This document shows positions 24,601-36,700 of a stretch of 64,000 nt of DNA, piece by piece. The stretch is from the human T2T-CHM13v2.0 reference genome, Homo sapiens: NCBI RefSeq assembly GCF_009914755.1, contig NC_060947.1; one strand, given 5' to 3'. Below the pieces are notes generated by a model, which saw only the letters and a program-made list of their open reading frames with translations, ran no database searches and had not been told where the DNA came from. A program made the translations under genes and the position numbers. Each line of letters begins with the position of its first letter. Within the stretch, counting starts at the first letter, position 1.

Positions 24601-27600
24601 CGTCTAGTTTTTATATGAAGTTCTTTCCTTTACTACCACAGGCCTCAAAGCGGTCCAAATCTCCACTTGCAGATTCTACAAAAAGAGTGTTTGCAAACTG
24701 CTCTATCAAAAGGAATGTTCAACTCTGGGAGTTGAAAGCAATCATCACAGAGCAGTTTCTGAGAATGCTTCTATGTCGTTTTTAGGAGAAGATATTTCCT
24801 TTTCCAACACAGTCCTCCAAGCCCGCTAAATATCCACTTGCACATTGTAGAAAAAGTGTGTCGAAGCTGCGCTATCAAAGGGAAAGTTCAACTCTGTGAG
24901 GTGAATGCAAACATCCCAAAGAAGTTTCTGAGAATACTTCCGTTTAGCTTTTAGGTGAAGATTATCCCGTTTCCAACGAAATCTTCAAAGAGGTCCAAAT
25001 ATCCCCCTGCGGATCCCACAGAAAGAGTGTTTCGAAACTGCTGTTTCAAAAGGAATCTTCAACTCTGTGAGTTGAATGCAATCATCACAAAGAAGTTTCT
25101 GACAATGCTTCTCTCTCGTCTTTCTGTGAAGATAAAGGAAAAGGCTTTCAGGCCTTTTCCACCACAGGCCTGAAAGCGCTCCAAATGTCCACTTGCAGAT
25201 TCTGCCAAAAGAATATTTCAAAACTGCTCTATGAAAAGCAATGTTAAACTCTGCGGCTCGAACACAAACATCACAAAGCAGTTTCTGAGAATGCTTCAGT
25301 TTAGTTTTTCTGTGGAAATATTCCCGTTTCCAAAGAAATCTTCAAAGAGGTCCACGCATCCACTTACAGATTCTACAAAAAGACAGTTTCAAAACTGCTC
25401 AATCAAAAGGAGGGTTCAACTGTGTGACTTGAATGCAATCATCACTCAGAAGTTTCTGAGAACGCTTCTCTTTAGTTTTTACGTGAACATATACCCGTTT
25501 CGAACGAAAGCCAGCCAGTGGTCCAAATATCCACTTGCAGATTCTACAGAAAGAGTGTTTCAAACCTGAACTCTCAAAGGCAGGTTCATCTCTGCGAGTT
25601 AAATGCATTCATCATGAAGAACTTTCTCAGCGTGTTTGTGTTTAGTTATGGGAAATTATTCCCGTTTCCAACGAAATCCTCAGAGAGCTCCAAATATCCA
25701 CCTGCAGATTCTACCAAAAGTGTATTTGGAAACTGCTCCATCAAAAGGCATGTTCAGCTATGTGAGTGAAACACCATCATCACAAAGAATATTCTGAGAA
25801 TGCTTCCGTTTGCCTTTTATATGAAGCTCCTTCCTATACTACCGTAGGCCTCAAAGCAGTCCAAATCTCCTTTTGCAGATTCTACAAAAAGAGTGATTCC
25901 AATCTGCTCTATCAATAGGATTGTTCAACTCCATGAGTTGAATGCCATCCTCACAAAGTCGTTTCTGAGAATGCTTCTATCTAGTTTTTATGTGAAGATA
26001 TTTCCTTTTCCACCACAGGCCTCAAAGCCCTCCAAACGTCCACTTGCAGATTCTCGAAAAAGAGTGTTTCATAGCTGCTCTTTCAAAAGGAAAGTTCAAC
26101 TCTGGGAGTTGAATACAAACATCACAAAGTAGTTTCCGAGAATGCTTCTGTTTAGTTCTTATGTGAAGATGATCCCGTTTCCAGTGAAATCTTCAAAGAG
26201 GTCCACATATCCCATTGCAGATTCCAAAGAAAGAGGGTTTCAAAACTGCTCCATCAAAAGGATTGTTCAACTCTGTGAGTTGAATGCAGTCATCGCAGAA
26301 AATTTTCTGAGAATGCTTCTGTCTAAGTTTGATGTGAAGATATAGACCTTTCAAACGAAGGCTACAAAGTGGTCAAAATATACACTTGCAGATTCTACTG
26401 CAAGGGTGTTGCAAACCTGACCTATCAAAGGAATGTTCAACTCTGTGAGTTGAATTCAAACATCATAAAGAATGTTCTGAGTTTGCTTCCGTTCAGTTAT
26501 GGGAAGTTGATCCCGTTTCCAACGAAATCCTCAGAGAGGTCCAAATATCCCCTTGCAGATTCTACAAAACGTGTGTTTGGAAACTGCTCCATCATAACGA
26601 ATGTTCAGCTCTCTGAGTTAAACTCCATCGTCACAAAAAATTTTCTGAGAGTGCTACCGTCTAGTTTTTATATGAAGTTCTTTCCTTTACTACCACAGGC
26701 CTCAAAGCGGTCCAAATCTCCACTTGCAGATTCTACAAAAAGAGTGTTTGCAAACTGCTCTATCAAAAGGAATGTTCAACTCTGGGAGTTGAATGCAATC
26801 ATCACAGAGCAGTTTCTGAGAATGCTTCTATGTGGTTTTTAGGAGAAGATATTTCCTTTTCCAACACAGTCCTGCAAGCCCGCTAAATATCCACTTGCAC
26901 ATTTTAGAAAAAGTGTGTCGAAGCTGCGCTATCAAAGGGAAAGTTCAACTCTGTGAGGTGAATGCGAACATCCCAAAGAAGTTTCTGAGAATGCTTCCGT
27001 TTAGCTTTTAGGTGAAGATTATCCCGTTTCCAACGAAATCTTCAAAGAGGTCCAAATATCCCCTTGCGGATCCCACAGAAAGAGTGTTTCGAAACTGCTG
27101 TTTCAAAAGGAATCTTCAACTCTGTGAGTTGAATGCAATCATCACAAAGAAGTTTCTGACAATGCTTCTCTCTCGTCTTTCTGTGAAGATAAAGGAAAAG
27201 GCTTTCAGGCCTTTTCCACCACAGGCCTGAAAGCGCTCCAAATGTCCACTTGCAGATTCTGCCAAAAGAATATTTCAAAACTGCTCTATGAAAAGCAATG
27301 TTAAACTCTGTGGCTCGAACACAAACATCACAAAGCAGTTTCTGAGAATGCTTCAGTTTAGTTTTTCTGTGGAAATATTCCCGTTTCCAAAGAAATCTTC
27401 AAAGAGGTCCACGCATCCACTTACAGATTCTACAAAAAGACAGTTTCAAAACTGCTCAATCAAAAGGAGGGTTCAACTGTGTGACTTGAATGCAATCATC
27501 ACTCAGAAGTTTCTGAGAACGCTTCTCTTTAGTTTTTACTTGAACATATACCCGTTTCGAACGAAGGCCAGACAGTGGTCCAAATATCCACTTGCAGATT

Positions 27601-30600
27601 CTACAGAAAGAGTGTTTCGAATCTGAACTCTCAAAGGCAGGTTCATCTCTGCGAGTTCAATGCATTCATCATGAAGAACTTTCTCAGCGTGTTTGTGTTT
27701 AGTTATGGGAAATTATTCCCGTTTCCAACGAAATCCTCAGAGAGCTCCAAATATCCACCTGCAGATTCTACCAAAAGTGTATTTGGAAACTGCTCCATCA
27801 AAAGGCATGTTCAGCTCTGTGAGTGAAACTCCATCATCACACAAAATATTCTGAGAATGCTTCCGTTTGCCTTTTATATGAAGTTCCTTCCTATACTACC
27901 GTAGGCCTCAAAGCAGTCCAAATCTCCATTTGCAGATTCTACAAAAAGAGTGATTCCAATCTCCTCTATCAATAGGACTGTTCAACTCCATGAGTTGAAT
28001 GCCATCCTCACAAAGTCGTTTCTGAGAATGCTTCTATCTAGTTTTTATGTGAAGATATTTCCTTTTCCACCACAGGCCTCAAAGCCCTCCAAACGTCCAC
28101 TTGCAGATTCTCGAAAAAGAGTGTTTCATAGCTGCTCTTTCAAAAGGAAAGTTCAACTCTGGGAGGTGAATACAAACATCACAAATTAGTTTCCGAGAAT
28201 GCTTCTGTTTAGTTCTTATGTGAAGATGATCCCGTTTCCAGTGAAATCTTCAAAGAGGTCCACATATCCCCTTGCAGATTCCAAAGAAAGAGGGTTTCAA
28301 AACTGCTCCATCAAAAGGATTGTTCAACTCTGTGAGTTGAATGCAGTCATCGCAGAAAACTTTCTGAGAATGCTTCTGTCTAGGTTTGATGTGAAGATAT
28401 AGACGTTTCAAACGAAGGCTACAAAGTGGTCAAAATATACACTTGCAGATTCTACTACAAGGGTGTTGCAAACCTGAACTATCAAAGGAAGGTTCAACTC
28501 TGTGAGTTGAATACAAACATCACAAAGTATGTTCTGAGTTTGCTTCCGTTCAGTTATGGGAAGTTGATCCCGTTTCCAACGAAATGCTCAGAGAGGTCCA
28601 AATATCCCCTTGCAGATTCTACAAAACGTGTGTTTGGAAACTGCTCCATCATAACGAATGTTCAGCTCTCTGAGTTAAACTCCATCGTCACAAAGAATTT
28701 TCTGAGAGTGCTACCGTCTAGTTTTTATATGAAGTTCTTTCCTTTACTACCACAGGCCTCAAAGCGGTCCAAATCTCCACTTGCAGATTCTACAAAAAGA
28801 GTGTTTGCAAACTGCTCTATCAAAAGGAATGTTCAACTCTGGGAGTTGAATGCAATCATCACAGAGCAGTTTCTGAGAATGCTTCTATGTCGTTTTTAGG
28901 AGAAGATATTTCCTTTTCCAACACAGTCCTCCAAGCCCGCTAAATATCCACTTGCACATTGTAGAAAAAGTGTGTCGAAGCTGCGCTATCAAAGGGAAAG
29001 TTCAACTCTGTGAGGTGAATGCGAACATCCCAAAGAAGTTTCTGAGAATGCTTCCGTTTAGCTTTTAGGTGAAGATTATCCCGTTTCCAACGAAATCTTC
29101 AAAGAGGTCCAAATATCCCCTTGCGGATCCCACAGAAAGAGTGTTTCGAAACTGCTGTTTCAAAAGGAATCTTCAACTCTGTGAGTTGAATGCAATCATC
29201 ACAAAGAAGTTTCTGACAATGCTTCTCTCTCGTCTTTCTGTGAAGATAAAGGAAAAGGCTTTCAGGCCTTTCCCACCACAGGCCTGAAAGCGCTCCAAAT
29301 GTCCACTTGCAGATTCTGCCAAAAGAATATTTCAAAACTGCTCTATGAAAAGCAATGTTAAACTCTGTGGCTCGAACACAAACATCACAAAGCAGTTTCT
29401 GAGAATGCTTCAGTTTAGTTTTTCTGTGGAAATATTCCCGTTTCCAAAGAAATCTTCAAAGAGGTCCACGCATCCACTTACAGATTCTACAAAAAGACAG
29501 TTTCAAAACTGCTCAATCAAAAGGAGGGTTCAACTGTGTGACTTGAATGCAATCATCACTCAGAAGTTTCTGAGAACGCTTCTCTTTAGTTTTTACGTGA
29601 ACATATAACCGTTTCGAACGAAGGCCAGACAGTGGTCCAAATATCCACTTGCAGATTCTACAGAAAGAGTGTTTCGAACCTGAACTCTCAAAGGCAGGTT
29701 CATCTCTGCGAGTTCAATGCATTCATCATGAAGAACTTTCTCAGCGTGTTTGTGTTTAGTTATGGGAAATTATTCCCGTTTCCAACGAAATCCTCAGAGA
29801 GCTCCAAATATCCACCTGCAGATTCTACCAAAAGTGTATTTGGAAACTGCTCCATCAAAAGGCATGTTCAGCTCTGTGAGTGAAACTCCATCATCACACA
29901 AAATATTCTGAGAATGCTTCCGTTTGCCTTTTATATGAAGTTCCTTCCTATACTACCGTAGGCCTCAAAGCAGTCCAAATCTCCATTTGCAGATTCTACA
30001 AAAAGAGTGATTCCAATCTCCTCTATCAATAGGACTGTACAACTCCATGAGTTGAATGCCATCCTCACAAAGTCGTTTCTGAGAATGCTTCTATCTAGTT
30101 TTTATGTGAAGATATTTCCTTTTCCACCACAGGCCTCAAAGCCCTCCAAACGTCCACTTGCAGATTCTCGAAAAAGAGTGTTTCATAGCTGCTCTTTCAA
30201 AAGGAAAGTTCAACTCTGGGAGCTGAATACAAACATCACAAAGTAGTTTCCGAGAATGCTTCTGTTTAGTTCTTATGTGAAGATGATCCCGTTTCCAGTG
30301 AAATCTTCAAAGAGGTCCACATATCCCCTTGCAGATTCCAAAGAAAGAGGGTTTCAAAACTGCTCCATCAAAAGGATTGTTCAACTCTGTGAGTTGAATG
30401 CAGTCATCGCAGAAAACTTTCTGAGAATGCTTCTGTCCAAGTTTGATGTGAAGATATAGACCTTTCAAACGAAGGCTACAAAGTGGTCAAAATATACACT
30501 TGCAGATTCTACTACAAGGGTGTTGCAAACCTGAACTATCAAAGGAAGGTTCATCTCTGTGAGTTGAATAGAAACATCACAAAGAATGTTCTGAGTTTGC

Positions 30601-30780
30601 TTCCGTTCAGTTATGGGAAGTTGATCCCGTTTCCAACGAAATCCTCAGAGAGGTCCAAATATCCCCTTGCAGATTCTACAAAACGTGTGTTTGGAAACTG
30701 CTCCATCATAACGAATGTTCAGCTCTCTGAGTTAAACTCCATCGTCACAAAGAATTTTCTGAGAGTGCTACCGTCTGGTT
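6700..30780. repeat. Tandem duplication of a 6-HOR block (offset 12,342 bp): H4-H9 vs H10-H15
   Basis: Rare variant HORs recur in the same order at +12,342: 10556/22898, 14027/26369, 16084/28426 and 18141/30483 in the ORF track. Confidence 0.9.
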
Positions 30781-33700
30781 TTTATATGAAGTTCTTTCCT
30801 TTACTACCACAGGCCTCAAAGCGGTCCAAATCTCCACTTGCAGATTCTACAAAAAGAGTGTTTGCAAACTGCTCTATCAAAAGGAATGTTCAACTCTGGG
30901 AGTTGAATGCAATCATCACAGAGCAGTTTCTGAGAATGCTTCTATGTCGTTTTTAGGAGAAGATATTTCCTTTTCCAACACAGTCCTCCATGCCCGCTAA
31001 ATATCCACTTGCACATTGTAGAAAAAGAGTGTCGAAGCTGCGCTATCAAAGGGAAAGTTCAACTCTGTGAGGTGAATGCAAACATCCCAAAGAAGTTTCT
31101 GAGAATGCTTCCGTTTAGCTTTTAGGTGAAGATTATCCCGTTTCCAACGAAATCTTCAAAGAGGTCCAAATATCCCCTTGCGGATCCCACAGAAAGAGTG
31201 TTTCGAAACTGCTGTTTCAAAAGGAATCTTCAACTCTGTGAGTTGAATGCAATCATCACAAAGAAGTTTCTGACAATGCTTCTCTCTCGTCTTTCTGTGA
31301 AGATAAAGGAAAAGGCTTTCAGGCCTTTTCCACCACAGGCCTGAAAGCGCTCCAAATGTCCACTTGCAGATTCTGCCAAAAGAATATTTCAAAACTGCTC
31401 TATGAAAAGCAATGTTAAACTCTGTGGCTCGAACACAAACATCACAAAGCAGTTTCTGAGAATGCTTCAGTTTAGTTTTTCTGTGGAAATATTCCCGTTT
31501 CCAAAGAAATCTTCAAAGAGGTCCACGCATCCACTTACAGATTCTACAAAAAGACAGTTTCAAAACTGCTCAATCAAAAGGAGGGTTCAACTGTGTGACT
31601 TGAATGCAATCATCACTCAGAAGTTTCTGAGAATGCTTCTCTTTAGTTTTTACGTGAACATATACCCGTTTCGAACGAAGGCCAGCCAGTGGTCCAAATA
31701 TCCACTTGCAGATTCTACAGAAAGAGTGTTTCGAACCTGAACTCTCAAAGGCAGGTTCATCTCTGCGAGTTCAATGCATTCATCATGAAGAACTTTCTCA
31801 GCGTGTTTGTGTTTAGTTATGGGAAATTATTCCCGTTTCCAACGAAATCCTCAGAGAGGTCCAAATATCCACCTGCAGATTCTACCAAAAGTGTATTTGG
31901 AAACTGCTCCATCAAAAGGCATGTTCAGCTCTGTGAGTGAAACTCCATCATCACAAAGAATATTCTGAGAATGCTTCCGTTTGCCTTTTATATGAAGTTC
32001 CTTCCTATACTACCGTAGGCCTCAAAGCAGTCCAAATCTCCATTTGCAGATTCTACAAAAAGAGTGATTCCAATCTGCTCTATCAATAGGATTGTTCAAC
32101 TCCATGAGTTGAATGCCATCCTCACAAAGTCGTTTCTGAGAATGCTTCTATCTAGTTTTTATGTGAAGATATTTCCTTTTCCACCACAGGCCTCAAAGCC
32201 CTCCAAACGTCCACTTGCAGATTCTCGAAAAAGAGTGTTTCATAGCTGCTCTTTCAAAAGGAAATTTCAACTCTGGGAGGTGAATACAAACATCACAAAG
32301 TAGTTTCCGAGAATGCTTCTGTTTAGTTCTTATGTGAAGATGATCCCGTTTCCAGTGAAATCTTCAAAGAGGTCCACATATCCCCTTGCAGATTCCAAAG
32401 AAAGAGGGTTTCAAAACTGCTCCATCAAAAGGATTGTTCAACTCTGTGAGTTGAATGCAGTCATCGCAGAAAACTTTCTGAGAATGCTTCTGTCTAGGTT
32501 TGATGTGAAGATATAGACGTTTCAAACGAAGGCTACAAAGTGGTCAAAATATACACTTGCAGATTCTACTACAAGGGTGATGCAAACCTGAACTATCAAA
32601 GGAAGGTTCAACTCTGTGAGTTGAATACAAACATCACAAAGAATGTTCTGAGTTTGCTTCCGTTCAGTTATGGGAAGTTGATCCCGTTTCCAACGAAATC
32701 CTCAGAGAGGTCCAAATATCCCCTTGCAGATTCTACAAAACGTGTGTTTGGAAACTGCTCCATCATAACGAATGTTCAGCTCTCTGAGTTAAACTCCATC
32801 GTCACAAAGAATTTTCTGAGAGTGCTACCGTCTAGTTTTTATATGAAGTTCTTTCCTTTACTACCACAGGCCTCAAAGCGGTCCAAATCTCCACTTGCAG
32901 ATTCTACAAAAAGAGTGTTTGCAAACTGCTCTATCAAAAGGAATGTTCAACTCTGGGAGTTGAATGCAATCATCACAGAGCAGTTTCTGAGAATGCTTCT
33001 ATGTGGTTTTTAGGAGAAGATATTTCCTTTTCCAACACATTCCTCCAAGCCCGCTAAATATCCACTTGCACATTGTAGAAAAAGTGTGTCGAAGCTGCGC
33101 TATCAAAGGGAAAGTTCAACTCTGTGAGGTGAATGCAAACATCCCAAAGAAGTTTCTGAGAATGCTTCCGTTTAGCTTTTAGGTGAAGATTATCCCGTTT
33201 CCAACGAAATCTTCAAAGAGGTCCAAATATCCCCTTGCGGATCCCACAGAAAGAGTGTTTCGAAACTGCTGTTTCAAAAGGAATCTTCAACTCTGTGAGT
33301 TGAATGCAATCATCACAAAGAAGTTTCTGACAATGCTTCTCTCTCGTCTTTCTGTGAAGATAAAGGAAAAGGCTTTCAGGCCTTTTCCACCACAGGCCTG
33401 AAAGCGCTCCAAATGTCCACTTGCAGATTCTGCCAAAAGAATATTTCAAAGCTGCTCTACGAAAAGCAATGTTAAACTCTGTGGCTCGAACACAAACATC
33501 ACAAAGCAGTTTCTGAGAATGCTTCAGTTTAGTTTTTCTGTGGAAATATTCCCGTTTCCAAAGAAATCTTCAAAGAGGTCCACGCATCCACTTACAGATT
33601 CTACAAAAAGACAGTTTCAAAACTGCTCAATCAAAAGGAGGGTTCAACTGTGTGACTTGAATGCAATCATCACTCAGAAGTTTCTGAGAACGCTTCTCTT

Positions 33701-36700
33701 TAGTTTTTACGTGAACATATACCCGTTTCGAACGAAGGCCAGCCAGTGGTCCAAATATCCACTTGCAGATTCTACAGAAAGAGTGTTTCGAACCTGAACT
33801 CTCAAAGGCAGGTTCATCTCTGCGAGTTCAATGCATTCATCATGAAGAACTTTCTCAGCGTGTTTGTGTTTAGTTATGGGAAATTATTCCCGTTTCCAAC
33901 GAAATCCTCAGAGAGCTCCAAATATCCACCTGCAGATTCTACCAAAAGTGTATTTGGAAACTGCTCCATCAAAAGGCATGTTCAGCTCTGTGAGTGAAAC
34001 TCCATCATCACAAAGAATATTCTGAGAATGCTTCCGTTTGCCTTTTATATGAAGTTCCTTCCTATACTACCGTAGGTCTCAAAGCAGTCCAAATCTCCAT
34101 TTGCAGATTCTACAAAAAGAGTGATTCCAATCTGCTCTATCAATAGGATTGTTCAACTCCATGAGTTGAATGCCATCCTCACAAAGTAGTTTCTGAGAAT
34201 GCTTCTATCTAGTTTTTATGTGAAGATATTTCCTTTTCCACCACAGGCCTCAAAGCCCTCCAAACGTCCACATGCAGATTCTCGAAAAAGAGTGTTTCAT
34301 AGCTGCTCTTTCAAAAGGAAAGTTCAACTCTGGGAGGTGAATACAAACATCACAAAGTAGTTTCCGAGAATGCTTCTGTTTAGTTCTTATGTGAAGATGA
34401 TCCCGTTTCCAGTGAAATCTTCAAAGAGGTCCACATATCCCCTTGCAGATTCCAAAGAAAGAGGGTTTCAAAACTGCTCCATCAAAAGGATTGTTCAACT
34501 CTGTGAGTTGAATGCAGTCATCGCAGAAAACTTTCTGAGAATGCTTCTGTCTAGGTTTGATGTGAAGATATAGACGTTTCAAACGAAGGCTACAAAGTGG
34601 TCAAAATATACACTTGCAGATTCTACTACAAGGGTGATGCAAACCTGAACTATCAAAGGAAGGTTCAACTCTGTGAGTTGAATACAAACATCACAAAGAA
34701 TGTTCTGAGTTTGCTTCCGTTCAGTTATGGGAAGTTGATCCCGTTTCCAACGAAATCCTCAGAGAGGTCCAAATATCCCCTTGCAGATTCTACAAAACGT
34801 GTGTTTGGAAACTGCTCCATCATAACGAATGTTCAGCTCTCTGAGTTAAACTCCATCGTCACAAAGAATTTTCTGAGAGTGCTACCGTCTAGTTTTTATA
34901 TGAAGTTCTTTCCTTTACTACCACAGGCCTCAAAGCGGTCCAAATCTCCACTTGCAGATTCTACAAAAAGAGTGTTTGCAAACTGCTCTATCAAAAGGAA
35001 TGTTCAACTCTGGGAGTTGAATGCAATCATCACAGAGCAGTTTCTGAGAATGCTTCTATGTGGTTTTTAGGAGAAGATATTTCCTTTTCCAACACATTCC
35101 TCCAAGCCCGCTAAATATCCACTTGCACATTGTAGAAAAAGAGTGTCGAAGCTGCGCTATCAAAGGGAAAGTTCAACTCTGTGAGGTGAATGCAAACATC
35201 CCAAAGAAGTTTCTGAGAATGCTTCCGTTTAGCTTTTAGGTGAAGATTATCCCGTTTCCAACGAAATCTTCAAAGAGGTCCAAATATCCCCTTGCGGATC
35301 CCACAGAAAGAGTGTTTCGAAACTGCTGTTTCAAAAGGAATCTTCAACTCTGTGAGTTGAATGCAATCATCACAAAGAAGTTTCTGACAATGCTTCTCTC
35401 TCGTCTTTCTGTGAAGATAAAGGAAAAGGCTTTCAGGCCTTTTCCACCACAGGCCTGAAAGCGCTCCAAATGTCCACTTGCAGATTCTGCCAAAAGAATA
35501 TTTCAAAGCTGCTCTACGAAAAGCAATGTTAAACTCTGTGGCTCGAACACAAACATCACAAAGCAGTTTCTGAGAATGCTTCAGTTTAGTTTTTCTGTGG
35601 AAATATTCCCGTTTCCAAAGAAATCTTCAAAGAGGTCCACGCATCCACTTACAGATTCTACAAAAAGACAGTTTCAAAACTGCTCAATCAAAAGGAGGGT
35701 TCAACTGTGTGACTTGAATGCAATCATCACTCAGAAGTTTCTGAGAACGCTTCTCTTTAGTTTTTACGTGAACATATACCCGTTTCGAACGAAGGCCAGC
35801 CAGTGGTCCAAATATCCACTTGCAGATTCTACAGAAAGAGTGTTTCGAACCTGAACTCTCAAAGGCAGGTTCATCTCTGCGAGTTAAATGCATTCATCAT
35901 GAAGAACTTTCTCAGCGTGTTTGTGTTTAGTTATGGGAAATTATTCCCGTTTCCAACGAAATCCTCAGAGAGCTCCAAATATCCACCTGCAGATTCTACC
36001 AAAAGTGTATTTGGAAACTGCTCCATCAAAAGGCATGTTCAGCTCTGTGAGTGAAACTCCATCATCACAAAGAATATTCTGAGAATGCTTCCGTTTGCCT
36101 TTTATATGAAGTTCCTTCCTATACTACCGTATGTCTCAAAGCAGTCCAAATCTCCATTTGCAGATTCTACAAAAAGAGTGATTCCAATCTGCTCTATCAA
36201 TAGGATTGTTCAACTCCATGAGTTGAATGCCATCCTCACAAAGTAGTTTCTGAGAATGTTTCTATCTAGTTTTTATGTGAAGATATTTCCTTTTCCACCA
36301 CAGGCCTCAAAGCCCTCCAAACGTCCACATGCAGATTCTCGAAAAAGAGTGTTTCATACCTGCTCTTTCAAAAGGAAAGTTCAACTCTGGGAGTTGAATA
36401 CAAACATCACTAAGTAGTTTCCGAGAATGCTTCTGTTTAGTTGTTATGTGAAGATGATCCCGTTTCCAGTGAAATCTTCAAAGAGGTCCATATATCCCCT
36501 TGCAGATTCCAAAGAAAGAGGGTTTCAAAACTGCTCCATCAAAAGGATTGTGCAACTCTGTGAGTTGAATGCAGTCATCGCAGAAAACTTTCTGAGAATG
36601 CTTCTGTCTAGGTTTGATGTGAAGATATAGACGTTTCAAACGAAGGCTACAAAGTGGTCAAAATATACACTTGCAGATTCTACTACAAGGGTGATGCAAA

